DNA from: Eledone cirrhosa
Taxonomy: Eukaryota
Length of the DNA stretch: 64,000 bases
Direction: 5' to 3'
Assembly: GCA_964016885.1 (NCBI GenBank)
Contig: OZ024740.1
Location: forward strand, 55,428,001 to 55,492,000
This document shows, one piece after another, positions 21,611 to 33,724 of the stretch. Each line of letters begins with the position of its first letter. Positions within the stretch are counted from its first letter, which is position 1. The position numbers and the translations under genes were made by a program. The notes below the pieces were generated by a model. It worked only from the letters and a program-made list of their open reading frames with translations. It was not told where the DNA came from and searched no databases.

Positions 21611-21858
21611 TTTCTTTATTAACCACAAGGGTTTACATAAAGTAGACATTAAGGACAGTGCAGGACAATGCAGGACGGTACAAATGGGCATTTCTGCGTG
21701 TAAAAAACAAAAACAGAGGATGTAACAAAAAATAACAATGAAAAATTCCCCAATAGGGGGGAGACTTCGGAGGGACATTTGTGGAGAAAGCCCAGTAAAA
21801 AGCCACAATGACCCTGACCACCAAGGCAAGTGCCCTCTCCCAGTTTTCCACCTTTAGT

Positions 21859-24800
21859 TTACAGATATATACTCAGAGTCGGCCCATTCACTCGGGCCAT
21901 TCTTGCTTCTCTCACCCATCTTTCAACAAAATGCTGGGAAGAGAGCACTTCCTTCTCTACTCTGATTTTCCTTTTCAAATGAAATTTGAAAAAGTCAATC
22001 AGAGCATCACCGAAGAGGTAAGTGCTCGTCTTCAGCCCTTTCAAACGTGTCCACCATACTATCTCTTTCGCCATGGCCACCAGACAGATAAAAACTGCCT
22101 GCCCTTCCCGGCTAAAGGAGGAGGGCGGGGCAATCCTCACGATAGACTCAGATGATAGCTGGATCCGTCCTAAACGCGACAGCAGGTGTTCGACATAAAC
22201 CCACAAGTCAGCAATTTTCGGACACTGGACGAGTGCGTGCAGGACGGTTTCGTCGCCCTGCGCGCATCTCGGACATGCCCGGCTGACGGCACCTCCATGC
22301 CTGTAGAGTTTATCCCGAACTGGCAAGGCTCCTCGGTAGCACTGCCAGGCCAGAGATTTCTGGAAGTTGTCCATAGGCCCCGGCCCGAAAGTTCTTCCGA
22401 AGAGATTGGCTAGTTGATTTTCGTCGACGCCTAGAGTTTCCCCAAGTACGTCGTCGCTCTTCCCCTCCACTAATCCTCTATAGAACGCCGAGGTGGAGTT
22501 TCCACCGATCACATTGCCCGATTGGTCGAGGGCTGTGAGCGCCTGAAGACATTCCAGTCTCCAGGCGCTCCCTCTCGGTCTTCGCTTGACCCAGGACTGC
22601 AGCTCCGTCAAGGAAACGAGCTGGGGAAAAACGCGTCTAGCAAACGGCGACCACACCTGATCACCGTCGAGGAAGAGGTGGAGATGTCGTAGCCTGAGCG
22701 CGTGCCTGCGCATCATCAGCCACGGCATGCCCAGCCCTCCACGTAGCGGGTGTTGACAACAGATGGACCGCCTGACCATCGGAGCACGTCCCTTCCACAA
22801 AAAGCGAAAGAGCAAACGCTCCAGCGCAGTCAGGCGAGGCTTAGGACAAGGTACGACGGTTAGGCGGTAGCAGATGACAGACGCGATGTACGCGTTAGCC
22901 ACCTCCGCTCGACCTTTCAGGGATAGCTTCCTCTCCGCCCATTTCTGGGTGAGAGAAGCCACCCTGCTCGTCACCTCGTCCCAGTTTTTGTCCGTCTGGA
23001 GGTCCGGACCGAACCAGACCCCTAGCAATTTAACCGGTCCGTCCGTCCAGCGCCCGACGACGCTGTTGGACGGCATGGACCTGCCTCTCCAGGTGCCGAG
23101 CTGCAGGCCCACTGACTTTTCCTGGTTGATCATTGCTCCTGTCACCGCTTCGTATTCTCTTAGTGTAGTGCCGATCGCCTCGATGTGTTTGGCGTTCGAC
23201 ACCACTACGGTGACATCGTCGGCATATGCTGACACGGATCTTCCGCATCCTAGTTCGCGCGGGACTCCCCTCAACGTCTCCAGTTTGTGCAGTAATGGCT
23301 CGAGAGTCAATACGTACAAGAGGGACGAGAGGGGACATCCTTGGCGGACCGAGCGCATGATGTTGAACGGTTCCGACAGGTGACCGTTTACTCTCACCAC
23401 AGAGCAGATGTCGCTGTGCATGGCAGCGATCCAGCCTCTGAAGACGGGCCCAAAGCCAGCCGCCCTCAGGACTGCCGCTAGGTAACGATGGTCGACCCTA
23501 TCGAAAGCTTTCGACTGATCTAAATTGATCAAGGACCCACCCGTGCCAGGTTCCCTAGCTACCCTCTCTACGATGTATCGCATGAGGTGGAGGTTGTCGT
23601 GGATGGATCTGTCGGGAATGGCGCATGTCTGCGCCTCTCCCACCAGACCACCAACGACAAGCGCCAACCTCTTTGCTAGCACCTTGGCCAAAATCTTAAA
23701 CTCTGTGTTTAGCAGAGTTATGGGCCGGAAATTGTCTATGTTATCCCCCTTGTTCGGATCCTTTCTCAGCAGTGCCACCGCTCCTCGGCTCACAGAACTG
23801 GGAATTCTCCCGTTCTGTTGCCAGTTGCAGTAGACGTCCGCCAAGAGGCCTCCGAACAAGTCTGGCATCTGTACGTAAAGTTCATAGGGCAGACCATCCA
23901 AACCAGGCGATTTACCCCTTGTGCAGCCAGTCATTGCCTCCCTTACTTCAGCGGCTGTTATCGGCTTTTCGCAACACTTCGCCTCAGTGGCCGAGAGCCG
24001 CGGCAGTCCGTCGAGGTAGACACTAAAGTCCATCCCTCTACCCGGCCCACCGCTGCCCCCGAACAGCTGAGCGAAGTGTCGCTGAAAAGCTTCACACATT
24101 TGCCCGGGATCGAGTAGCATGCGCCCGTCGTGGTCCACCAAAGACCGGATCGTGGCTTTGTTGCCACGACGCGCCTCCGCCACTCGGGCCCATTGAACGG
24201 CTTTCGTCCCCTCGTGTCTGAGAGCACGCACCCTAGCTCTGACAACGCAGCCTTCGTGCTTTGCATTGAAGAATTGGTCAAGGGCCAATTTCGCCGCAAG
24301 CACGTCGGTCGCAATGCCTTTGCTAAGCGCCTCGTCTAATTTTCTAACTAGTTCTCCCTCTGCTCTATTTTTCTCTATTGCTAAAGCCTTACTAAACCTA
24401 ATCGATTCTATTCTAATCGCTCTTTTCAGAGCAAACCACCACTTGTTGTTGACGATGGCCCCCGTCAACGCCCGCTTAACTAGTTCGCTAATCCGGTCTC
24501 TGTAGGCCTTGCGCGCTGGTAAGGACGCGTTTAGCTTCCAGTAGCCGGGTCCTCGTCTATGAAGCCTATCTAAGTCAAGCACACAGGTCACGAATTTGTG
24601 GTCCGTGTAGCTGACTATCTTGAATTGTGGACAGCCTATGCTAGACCTATCTATTTCCCTACAAAATACTCTATCTAGATATGATCTGGATGACCCTATG
24701 CGGTTTGTCCAAGTCCACATTGGCACATTCGGGAAATCCAATCGGTACCTGTCAGACAGTTCAAAACGCCTGAGCAGGTTGGTGAGGCTCTTGCACCCTC

Positions 24801-25278
24801 CACCCCTATCCGCTAATCCCACACAGTCCCAGCGTGCATCTAAGATCCCGTTCCAGTCGCCCACTAACACTAAAGAGCGGGACGTTCCAAGAAAGGTCTC
24901 CAGACGCCGGAAGAAATCAGGCCGCCCTGCTCCTGTCGGGGCATAGACGGCCACTAGCCTGAAAGCTTGCCCGTCTCCGCTGGTCACGTCCAGCACCACC
25001 AGCTTACCCTCTGGGTCCAGGAAGATGGCCCGTATGGCGAGATCCAAACCTCTCCGAAAAAGCACAGCAACTCCTCCACCGGATCCAGGACGGCTGGGAG
25101 ATGCGTACACATCGTAGCCGCCGAAGATCGGTGCGAAGGCCCGTGCTTCGGAGATTCTGGTCTCGCTGATGGCCACTACATCTATGTTTAGTGACCTGAG
25201 GTCGTTGAGCAGGTGACCCTGCTTCCATGACGACCCCAAGCCACGCGCATTTATGCTGCCTATTCTGAGTGAGGTCAT
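21859..25278 (-). CDS. ORF2 (APE-RT-CCHC), unit D
   Basis: 1139 aa open frame, motifs intact. Confidence 0.95.
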   Translation of the reverse strand: MTSLRIGSINARGLGSSWKQGHLLNDLRSLNIDVVAISETRISEARAFAPIFGGYDVYASPSRPGSGGGVAVLFRRGLDLAIRAIFLDPEGKLVVLDVTSGDGQAFRLVAVYAPTGAGRPDFFRRLETFLGTSRSLVLVGDWNGILDARWDCVGLADRGGGCKSLTNLLRRFELSDRYRLDFPNVPMWTWTNRIGSSRSYLDRVFCREIDRSSIGCPQFKIVSYTDHKFVTCVLDLDRLHRRGPGYWKLNASLPARKAYRDRISELVKRALTGAIVNNKWWFALKRAIRIESIRFSKALAIEKNRAEGELVRKLDEALSKGIATDVLAAKLALDQFFNAKHEGCVVRARVRALRHEGTKAVQWARVAEARRGNKATIRSLVDHDGRMLLDPGQMCEAFQRHFAQLFGGSGGPGRGMDFSVYLDGLPRLSATEAKCCEKPITAAEVREAMTGCTRGKSPGLDGLPYELYVQMPDLFGGLLADVYCNWQQNGRIPSSVSRGAVALLRKDPNKGDNIDNFRPITLLNTEFKILAKVLAKRLALVVGGLVGEAQTCAIPDRSIHDNLHLMRYIVERVAREPGTGGSLINLDQSKAFDRVDHRYLAAVLRAAGFGPVFRGWIAAMHSDICSVVRVNGHLSEPFNIMRSVRQGCPLSSLLYVLTLEPLLHKLETLRGVPRELGCGRSVSAYADDVTVVVSNAKHIEAIGTTLREYEAVTGAMINQEKSVGLQLGTWRGRSMPSNSVVGRWTDGPVKLLGVWFGPDLQTDKNWDEVTSRVASLTQKWAERKLSLKGRAEVANAYIASVICYRLTVVPCPKPRLTALERLLFRFLWKGRAPMVRRSICCQHPLRGGLGMPWLMMRRHALRLRHLHLFLDGDQVWSPFARRVFPQLVSLTELQSWVKRRPRGSAWRLECLQALTALDQSGNVIGGNSTSAFYRGLVEGKSDDVLGETLGVDENQLANLFGRTFGPGPMDNFQKSLAWQCYRGALPVRDKLYRHGGAVSRACPRCAQGDETVLHALVQCPKIADLWVYVEHLLSRLGRIQLSSESIVRIAPPSSFSREGQAVFICLVAMAKEIVWWTRLKGLKTSTYLFGDALIDFFKFHLKRKIRVEKEVLSSQHFVERWVREARMARVNGPTLSIYL

Positions 25279-25313
25279 GTTTAAAATAGAGTGGAAAAGA
25301 TGGGAAAGACCAC

Positions 25314-27411
25314 TTACCGTACTTTTGGTAGAGGAGGGATGGTTTTTACATCCCTTTTCACTTGATCGTCTGGTGAAGGGACCGTTGAATCGTCCCTTCG
25401 GCTGGTCGTCGGCTCTTCTAAGAGAATGTCTGAATATACTCTTCGATTAATGGTTCCTCCTAGGTCCCTGAAATCACCAACTGCGTTGGGGAATTTCGTT
25501 TTAATGTTTGTGTATTGTTTCTGTGCTATTTTTAGCAGTCTTATGTTAGTTGGCGTTTTGATTGGTGCTGGTATTATGTAGTCCTGTTGTGAAATGTCTG
25601 TGTGTTCAATTATGTAAGTCATTAGTTTCTTGTTGTGTGTGTTTATTGCCGTGCATTTGTTTTTCTGGGGGTGGGGTGTGGTTCTGCTATTTTCTTGTCG
25701 TTGTTGCTGGGTGTGTGTGTTTTGTTGTTGTGTTTGCGATGTTGGTGCTTGTGGTGGTGGTGTTGAAGGTGTTGTTGGCGGTGGGGTTGTCGCCGGTGGT
25801 GATGGTGGTGCTGGTGTGGGTGGTGATGGTGTTGGTGGTGTTGCTGCTGTGGGTCTCTTTGCAGTAGACTTTACCCTTTTCTCATTTCTTTCCTCCCTTT
25901 TCAAAGGCGACGATGCGCTGCTTCTGCGTTTGTGCCTTCTTACGACCTTTTGCCATCCCTCTCCCACCTCACACTCCATGTCTGATTCTGTAAGGTCGGG
26001 GAGGGGTACCAGCTCCACTCTTTCACTTGTTGTTGTTGATGATGTTTGCACTGGAGTCTCTGTTGCAGCTGCATTTGGTATTGCTGTTGTTGTTGTTAAT
26101 ATTTCCACTGCTGCTGCTGTCTTTGATTTCCGTGGAGTGGGTATGGGTGCCACGGACCTATCGTTCCTGGTTGCCGCTTGTCCTGTTGCTGGTAGCCGTG
26201 GAACCGGATTCGGGAGGAGGGGGGTTTTCTCCTTTCTCATGGTCTTCTCGTTGCAGAAGGCCCTGAGGTGAGTCTTCGATCCACTGCGAAAGCATTTCGG
26301 GCGTTTGCCCTCAACACTTATGGGCAGTTGAGTGCCGTTATCGAAGTCTATCACATCCGGGATAGCTTCGATGCACTCCTGGTTGGTTTGGATTAGCATC
26401 TCAATGGAGGAGCCGACCCAATCTTCTCTTACTTTTTTCTGTACTTGCAGTACAGTTGTTTTGTCCTCGATTCCGACGAGGACAGACGCGGCCAGCCAAG
26501 AAGGGGTCATTCCGGGGGGGACGTGGGTCAGTTTGACCCTCACAATTTTTTGCCCACAGTAGGAGGGCACCAACACCATTTCCTCGCTCCTTAGGGTCAC
26601 TACTGATTGGGCCTTTGCCTCCTGAGGTGTGGCAAAAAGTACGTCTACGGTGGCGTATTTTTTTGCCTCGGGTGATGTGCGTTTTCCTCTGCCACACAGA
26701 CCCCAAGGCTTTTTGTATTTGGGCCTCTGTGGCTCTTTCCACCCTACGGGATTTTGTACTTACTGTACGGTACGTGACCGTACAGTGCTCTTGGGTTTCG
26801 AAAAAATTTTTCGCTGCCTTGCAGATTGCTCGGTGTCCGTTCTTTGTCACCATCTTCTTCGCTTCCTCTAATTCCTCATTTGTTATGAGGATTGTTTCCA
26901 GGTTTTTCGCAATACCTGCAAATGAGATTGGTTTTTCTCTGCTGTTGTTGTTGTCGTCAGAGCTGCTGGTACTTTTGTTGTTGCTGCAGGTACTACGACT
27001 ACTGCCTCCGCCGCTGTTGCTGTGGTTGTTGTTGGTGTTGCTGCTGCTAATGCTGTTGTTGTTTATGCTGCTGGTGATGCTGTTGCGGCTGCTACTGTTG
27101 TTTTCATTGTCACTGTTGCTGTTGTTATTACGGCTGCTACTGCTATTATTCCTGACGTCAGACGAATGAACTGGGTTTTCGTATTTCCCGCACACCTGTT
27201 TCGTCGCTGTCGTCGTCGTCGTGGAGAAACCTTGCACGCTTTGCACGAGACTTTTCTTTTCTTTCGTCACTTGCGAAAGAGAAGGGAGGGAGAGAGACAC
27301 ATTTAAAGAAGGGAGGGAGAGAGACAATCTTCTCTCTGCTGTAGTGATGATTGAGGAAGAAGAAGACGGAATGAGTGAGAGTGACGTATGAAATTTCTTT
27401 TTGGTAGCCAT
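25314..27411 (-). pseudogene. ORF1, unit D, with +1 frameshift and CCHC Cys>Ser
   Basis: T7 instead of T6 at 26658-26664 splits the ORF; CFRCG>CFRSG near 26285. Confidence 0.78.
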
Positions 27412-27645
27412 GTTTTTTTGTTTAAAATGAAATTTTGGGTACAAAACCCCAATAACTGGTTATTTAACCCCGAAGGGCCAAATAACGGACAGAAAGACCC
27501 CTCTCACGAGGAGGAGGGTGTCTTTATCAACAATTTGGTTCAAGTTTTAAACAATTTACAATTGTTTTAACGGTTAAAAATTACTATACATTACAGAGCC
27601 GAGCCTCCGTCAACCATGGCATTCAATAATAATAATAATAATAAT

Positions 27646-27858
27646 GATTTCTATTATAGGCACAAGGCCAGCAATTTGGGGAGTAAGGAATGTCGATTAA
27701 ATCGACCCCAGTGCATTAGTGGTGCTTTATTTTATCGACCCCGTTAGGATGAAAGGCAAAGCTAACTTCGCTGGGATTTGAAATCAGACCGTAAAAGGCC
27801 GTAACTCTATACTGCATAGCATGGTGTCCGACGATCTACCGATACTGCCAATCCACAG
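27646..27858 (-). mobile_element. tRNA-derived SINE with Meta-like central domain
   Basis: TTTGCCTTTCATCCT..CGGGGTCGATAAAATAAAG core; A/B-box-like head (TGGCAGTATCGG, TTCAAATCC); 3' end CCTTGTGCCTATAATAGAAATC(ATT)7. Confidence 0.8.
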
Positions 27859-27872
27859 AACGTAAAATGACG

Positions 27873-29730
27873 TAAATAATAATAAAAGTAGGTTTTTCTT
27901 TATTGGCCACAAGGGCCTAAAACAATGGACAATACAAACGGACAAAAACAGTGGAGATTGGCAGGTAACTAATCGCGAAAACAAAGACTACAGGTAACAA
28001 AATAAGGAAATAAAACAACTTAATTGTCCAATATCGGATAGCATCACCCAGGAATAATTTAGGAAACCCAGAGATCTGAAACATCCATAATCACCAATGT
28101 GCTTCCTTCCTATATGGTCAATCCAGCTTACTGCTCATGTTCAAAGTTGACCCATTCACTCGGACCATGCTCTCTAACTTTTAACAAATATACCTACCTT
28201 TTAATAAATATTCTGGGGCATCACTTCCCTCTCCACCTATCCCGTCCTTTCCAAGTTGAACTTGAAAAGTTAAAGCAAAGTGTTTGTGTTAGATCATAGT
28301 GTTTGTCTTCAGGCTTTTCAGGCGCGTTCTTCACATATCTTCTTTGGCTATCGTCACCTAACAGGGGAAAATTGTCTGCGCTTTTCGTCTAAAATAAGAT
28401 GGTGGGACTATCTTCTCGATGGTGTCGGCCGATATCCACATCAGACATAGACGCGACAACAACTGTTAGGATAAAATTCCACAAGTCTGTAATGCCCTGA
28501 CACTGGACGAGTAGGGTTTTGACGTTCTGCGCGCATCTCAGAGAGGTCAAACTGACAGAATTTCTATGCCTTTACAGTTTGTTTCGAACAGGCAGTGCCC
28601 CTTGGTAGCATTGCCAAGCTAGAGATTTTAGGAAATTGTTCATAGGAACCAGACCGAAATACTTCCGGAGCTGAGGGAGTAGTACGTTCTCGGAAACGCC
28701 TAGGGTCTCCCCGGGAATATCGATGCGATTGCCTACCAGTAGTTCAATGCGCTAGAGTGAAATTTCCACTGTCGGAATTGCCCGATTCGTCGAAGGCTAT
28801 AACCGGCAGATAACATTCAAGATGCTAGGCGCCCAGTCAAAGAGAGAAGCTATAGAATTACGTGCCTTACCTACGGCGATCACACTTGCTAATCGTTTAG
28901 GAATATCTGGACATGACATAGCCTCAGTACACCATTCGCATCATCAGCGATGGCACGGCCAGTCCTTCAAGCACAGGATTTTTGCAGTGGTTGGACCAGT
29001 GGAAAAGTGAAACCTGTCCTTTCCACAAGACGTGGAAGAGCATGCACTCCAGTGTAGTGAGGGATCTCTAGAGTAAGGCACGACACTCAGGTAAAATAGA
29101 TGTTAGAAGCGCTGTATGGGTCCACAACCTCCCGTTTGATATTCCTGAATTGCTTCCTCACGGAACATTTCTGGATATCAGCCCTGCTCGTTAACTCGTC
29201 ACATTTATATCTATCTCTGATTCCATACAGAACCAGATCCCTAGTAACTTGATCAGTCAGTCTATCCAGAGCCCCACGAGGCTGTTGAACGGCATGAATT
29301 TGCCTCTACAGTTGCCGAACTGCAAACCCCCCTACTTATTTGCGTTGATATTTTTTCTCCAGGCAATGCTTTGTATTTCCGAAGAAGTTTCCGACCACTG
29401 CAATTTCTGAGGGGGTCGACGCCATCTCGCGGACGTCGTGCGCATATGCCGACACTCACTTTGTACGTGCTGGTTCGAGTGGGATGTCTTGCAACAGGTC
29501 CTGATTCTGCGTTAATAGCTCGAGAGTCAATCCATACAGAGAGAAGAGTGGGTGCATTCCTGACAGACCGAACGCATGATCTGAAATGATTCCGGCAAGT
29601 GACCATTTACTCGAACTAATGAGAAGATGCCGTAGTATATTGCAGTGGTCAAGACTCTGAAGACTAGGCTCAAATCGGTTCTATTGGTGTCAGCCTCCAG
29701 GTAATGATTGTCGACCCTATGAAAAGCTTT
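27873..29730 (-). mobile_element. Decayed 5'-truncated Tx1-related LINE (RT C-half to 3' end)
   Basis: KAFHRVDNHYL, VRVNGHLPESFQIMRSVCQ, KSLAWQCYQGALP homology to ORF2; 3' end CCCTTGTGGCCAATAAGAAAA followed by TTA repeats. Confidence 0.85.
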
Positions 29731-29734
29731 CATA

Positions 29735-30330
29735 GGAGTCAACAGAGGCTTTCATTCCATAATGGCAGGATATGATGATGTCACTAATGTTCTTTGGTAT
29801 ACCAAGTTTTTGAAGGAAGTTCAACAAGGCATCACGGGACACAGTATCAATTAAAAGAGTTCCTTTGCAGATTCCATAGATTTCTCCTGCAGTTTTCACA
29901 GACTAAACACCATTTCAACAGTGCTCTGTCCCGTCCTAAACACACACAGTGACTAAGGTCACATACATTTTGCCAGAGTAGGGTTCAGGCTGTTCAGGAT
30001 AATTCGAGCAAGTATCTTTCCTGCAAGTGACAAAATAGATATCTGTTAAGTTCGTTTTTGTAAAGGTGTGCAATCGAAGCATCTTCAAACTGCTGTGGCA
30101 CAAAATCTCTCTCTCTCTCTCTCTCCCATACACATATAAAGAACTCAAACAGTTTTCTCACCAGAGATTGACCCCCATACTTGTATACTTCAGTTTCCGG
30201 ATCACCGGGCGTCTTGATGTTGGACAGTTGTCTGAAAGAGAAGGATTATTAGACAGGAATTGCAATACAGGCTGCTATGGGAAATTGTTTATAATATCCA
30301 TATTAACATTTTTCTGTATTGAGAAGAATT
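29735..30330 (-). mobile_element. Decayed RTE-clade LINE RT fragment
   Basis: Minus-strand translation ISILSLAGKILARIILN, STVEMVFSL.KLQEK, DTVSRDALL..LQKLGIP..HYGMKASV. Confidence 0.7.
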
Positions 30331-31112
30331 GAAAAATGTTCAGCCCATCGTTCTGTTATGTTATGTTTTTCGGTTAAAAATTCGTTTTCCAGAGAGAGGA
30401 CAGGAGAGGAATCACTCGAAATAGGACCTAAGATACCTTTAATATTTTGAGGAAAGTATTGCAGGGCTTTTGCTTTTTTTTCTACCAGTTTTGTTTCATT
30501 TAACGAGGCTTTCGTCTAGTATAATTCTTTGCCATACAAATTATTTGCTGAATAACTTACATGAATTATTTGTTTAAGTTGTCAGTTTTCTAGCCCCATT
30601 ACCACATGAAGCTCTGTACTAATGCCTAATATGCCACATGTCAGAGGAAGCTGTAATAGTTATACATAATAGTTATACATCTCATAGTCTGGTTGTCTTA
30701 TGGTTGTCTTAACAAGACAACCAGAGTACAGCCTACAATTTCGAGAGCAGATAATAGAGTTTAAAATATTTAGATAGTTTAAACGTTATAAATATTTAAA
30801 AAACGTTATAGTGGTTTAAAAAGTTGAAATAAAAAGAAATGCACACACACACACACACACGACATACATATGTACATACGATGAGTGGCCGTTGACCCTC
30901 AAAAGTTCCTCAGTCCTTTGCGGGGGGGGGGGGGTTCTTTTCATCTCGCAGGGTGCCAGAAATCACCTTCCTCACCAAGAAAGTAAGTTTGGTGGGATGA
31001 AGGTCTAGTCGCCCAAGATCCGACCACGTGGAACATTGTACTGAGTTATATGTTACCAGTCTCTCTCTCCCCCTTCTCTCTCTCTCTTTCTCTCTCTCTC
31101 TCACTCTCTCTT

Positions 31113-31144
<32 letters not shown>

Positions 31145-31227
31145 GAGAGAGAGAAGGAGATGGAGAGAGTGAGGGAGAGAGGTTGAGTGAGCGAGAGATT
31201 AAGGGATCTATAGATAGATAGATAGAT

Positions 31228-31261
<34 letters not shown>

Positions 31262-31265
<4 letters not shown>

Positions 31266-31452
31266 CGAAGGAAATGTGGTAAGGAACCAGGTGGACCATA
31301 AGGCACCAAAGTACTCAATACTTAGGGTAGTAGAGTGGGTAATAGGAACGAGTAGGACCCCGACGGCTGAGCTCAAGCCGTTTCGACGGCTAATTCCGTC
31401 CAGAATTAGGCGTCGAAACGGCTTGAGCTCAGCCGTCGGAGTCCTACTCGTT

Positions 31453-31456
<4 letters not shown>
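31262..31456. mobile_element. Palindromic PLE-terminus-like mini-element in (TA)n
   Basis: ~54 bp inverted repeat 31342-31395/31404-31456; contains hammerhead 3' half GAAACGGC..GCCGTC; related to 62296-62497. Confidence 0.65.
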
Positions 31457-31539
<83 letters not shown>

Positions 31540-32160
31540 CACTGTGGCTCCACCGTGGAGTCTTTCGGCCTCCACTCGCTATCCTGTCGCCACAGTGCCG
31601 GCCGCCTTCCACGGCATGCTGCCCTCGACGAGGACATAAAGCATGGCTTGGACGCTGCAGGCTTCTCTTTCCCAGCTCTAGGTGGTAGGGCTGGACCGAG
31701 GCCACGTCGTCTGGGATGCCACTTGCAGCGACACTTTCAGCAGTCATGACCTGCTGCAGTCTGCGACAAACCCAGGTTCAGCTCTACGTCGGGCTGAGGA
31801 GACGACCGGTTGCTCTCCGACAAGTTCACGGTCATGCTTTTGGCAGTGGAGACTGGTGTCCTTGGCCCTAGGGCTACCTCCCTACTCACCATCATAGGCG
31901 CTGAGCTGCCTAGCCGCAGGTATGAGCCTCGCGAGTTTGAATGGCACTTCCAGCGCATCTCGCTTGCCATCCTCCGGGGAAACGCCTTCTCGATTCTGTC
32001 CGCCGGGGCTGTGGGGAGGCCAGCACATGGGACCCCATTTTCTCACCATACGGAGAGATGGAGGCGATGACAATGGGAGTTCGGCTCTTCCACGTTCGGA
32101 CCATATCCTTTGTTTTGTGTTCACCAAGCCCTAGTGCAGTAATGGGATGGAGTTAGGTTA
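31540..32160 (+). mobile_element. 5'-truncated CRE-like (REL endonuclease) non-LTR element, decayed
   Basis: HSLSC..RHAAL, VWDATCSDT, AVETGVLG, FQRISLAILRGNA across frameshifts; inserted after (TA)n. Confidence 0.75.
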
Positions 32161-32564
32161 AATAGATAGATATATTGCGCACATATATATATATCAAATA
32201 TTACTCTATGATTTCTTCTATTATTGCACTTAGCTCAGGTACGATCATATTGCAAATATATCATTATATATAACCTTCATGTTTCTATAGCATGCGTGAA
32301 ACTCTGAATAGCAATGGTTTGAATCATCAAGTGATTGCTGATAACTATAAACTCTAAAGTATGTATTGGATACTCTTTTCATTCCTTTGTAAACAGAAAC
32401 GTATATAAGGGAAAATGAATCTTTATATATAGATATAAATTCGAGTGTGTACTCATTAGGATGTGTATACACGCAGACACGCCCATATATATATATATAT
32501 ATATAGATAGATAGATATAAATTCGAGTGTGTACTTATTAGGATGTGTATACACGCAGACACGC

Positions 32565-32659
<95 letters not shown>

Positions 32660-32882
32660 GTGCTTATCTATAGGACGTTCCTGATGTACTGATGCTTTTT
32701 TCTAAATCGTTTACGTTCAATAATTGACAATGTTTCAGTTGTATTGTGAACTGGAAAACGTTTAAACATTTATGTCAACCGAGTGCTAAATTCCATCCAA
32801 TTCTGCTATTAAGTTATATTTACAGGATATACATTTACAGACCCCCCCCCACACACACACACACAAGCACGCATACACACAT

Positions 32883-32941
<59 letters not shown>

Positions 32942-33075
32942 ACATTCTCTATCTCCCCGCTCTTTCTAAACACATATATATATGTATATATACACACACA
33001 CCTACATAAATATATATGGCTGCCTGTGTTTCTATGTGTCCGTGCGTGTGTATATGTGTAATGTGCGTTTATTTG

Positions 33076-33212
<137 letters not shown>

Positions 33213-33724
33213 CCTGTCTGTATGAATGAGAGTATTATTGTATGTATTTTGGGGAAAGTCGAATCGTTTCTAGCGTGTGATTTCATTTGCAAGACGCTAT
33301 AATTATTTCTGATGCAGACTTCCGGTTAACTTATTTACCATAAAGCTATTCTTATTGCTACTTCTATCTGGTTCAACTTTACTCTTCTACTGCGTAATTA
33401 CACTTCTGTCATTGTATGTTCCCTGCGAACGCAACGGAACCGGAGATGTCATTTCGTTTCCCAGTTGGACCATTTCACTTCATTTAGTACACTAACACGA
33501 GATTTCCGGCTGCAATCTATATGCCAGAAAAGAATGTTTTTAAGCCAAAGACTGGTTGACCTTCTTAACACACTTAAAGGATGAAACGAGGCTTTTGATG
33601 TTCATCCACGACCTATTAAATGTATAGTTCTAGAATAGGCATATTCTTTTTATTCGGGTGTGATGTAACACTTTTTCTTGTGTTATATTATAACTTTATC
33701 TTGTAATATTTCCTCATAAATGTG

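Larger units (their letters stand above)
21609..27624 (-). mobile_element. Full-length Tx1/L1-clade retrotransposon, unit D (terminal unit of array)
   Basis: Colinear copy; small 3'UTR deletion; 5' end abuts (AAT)7 at 27625-27645. Confidence 0.95.
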
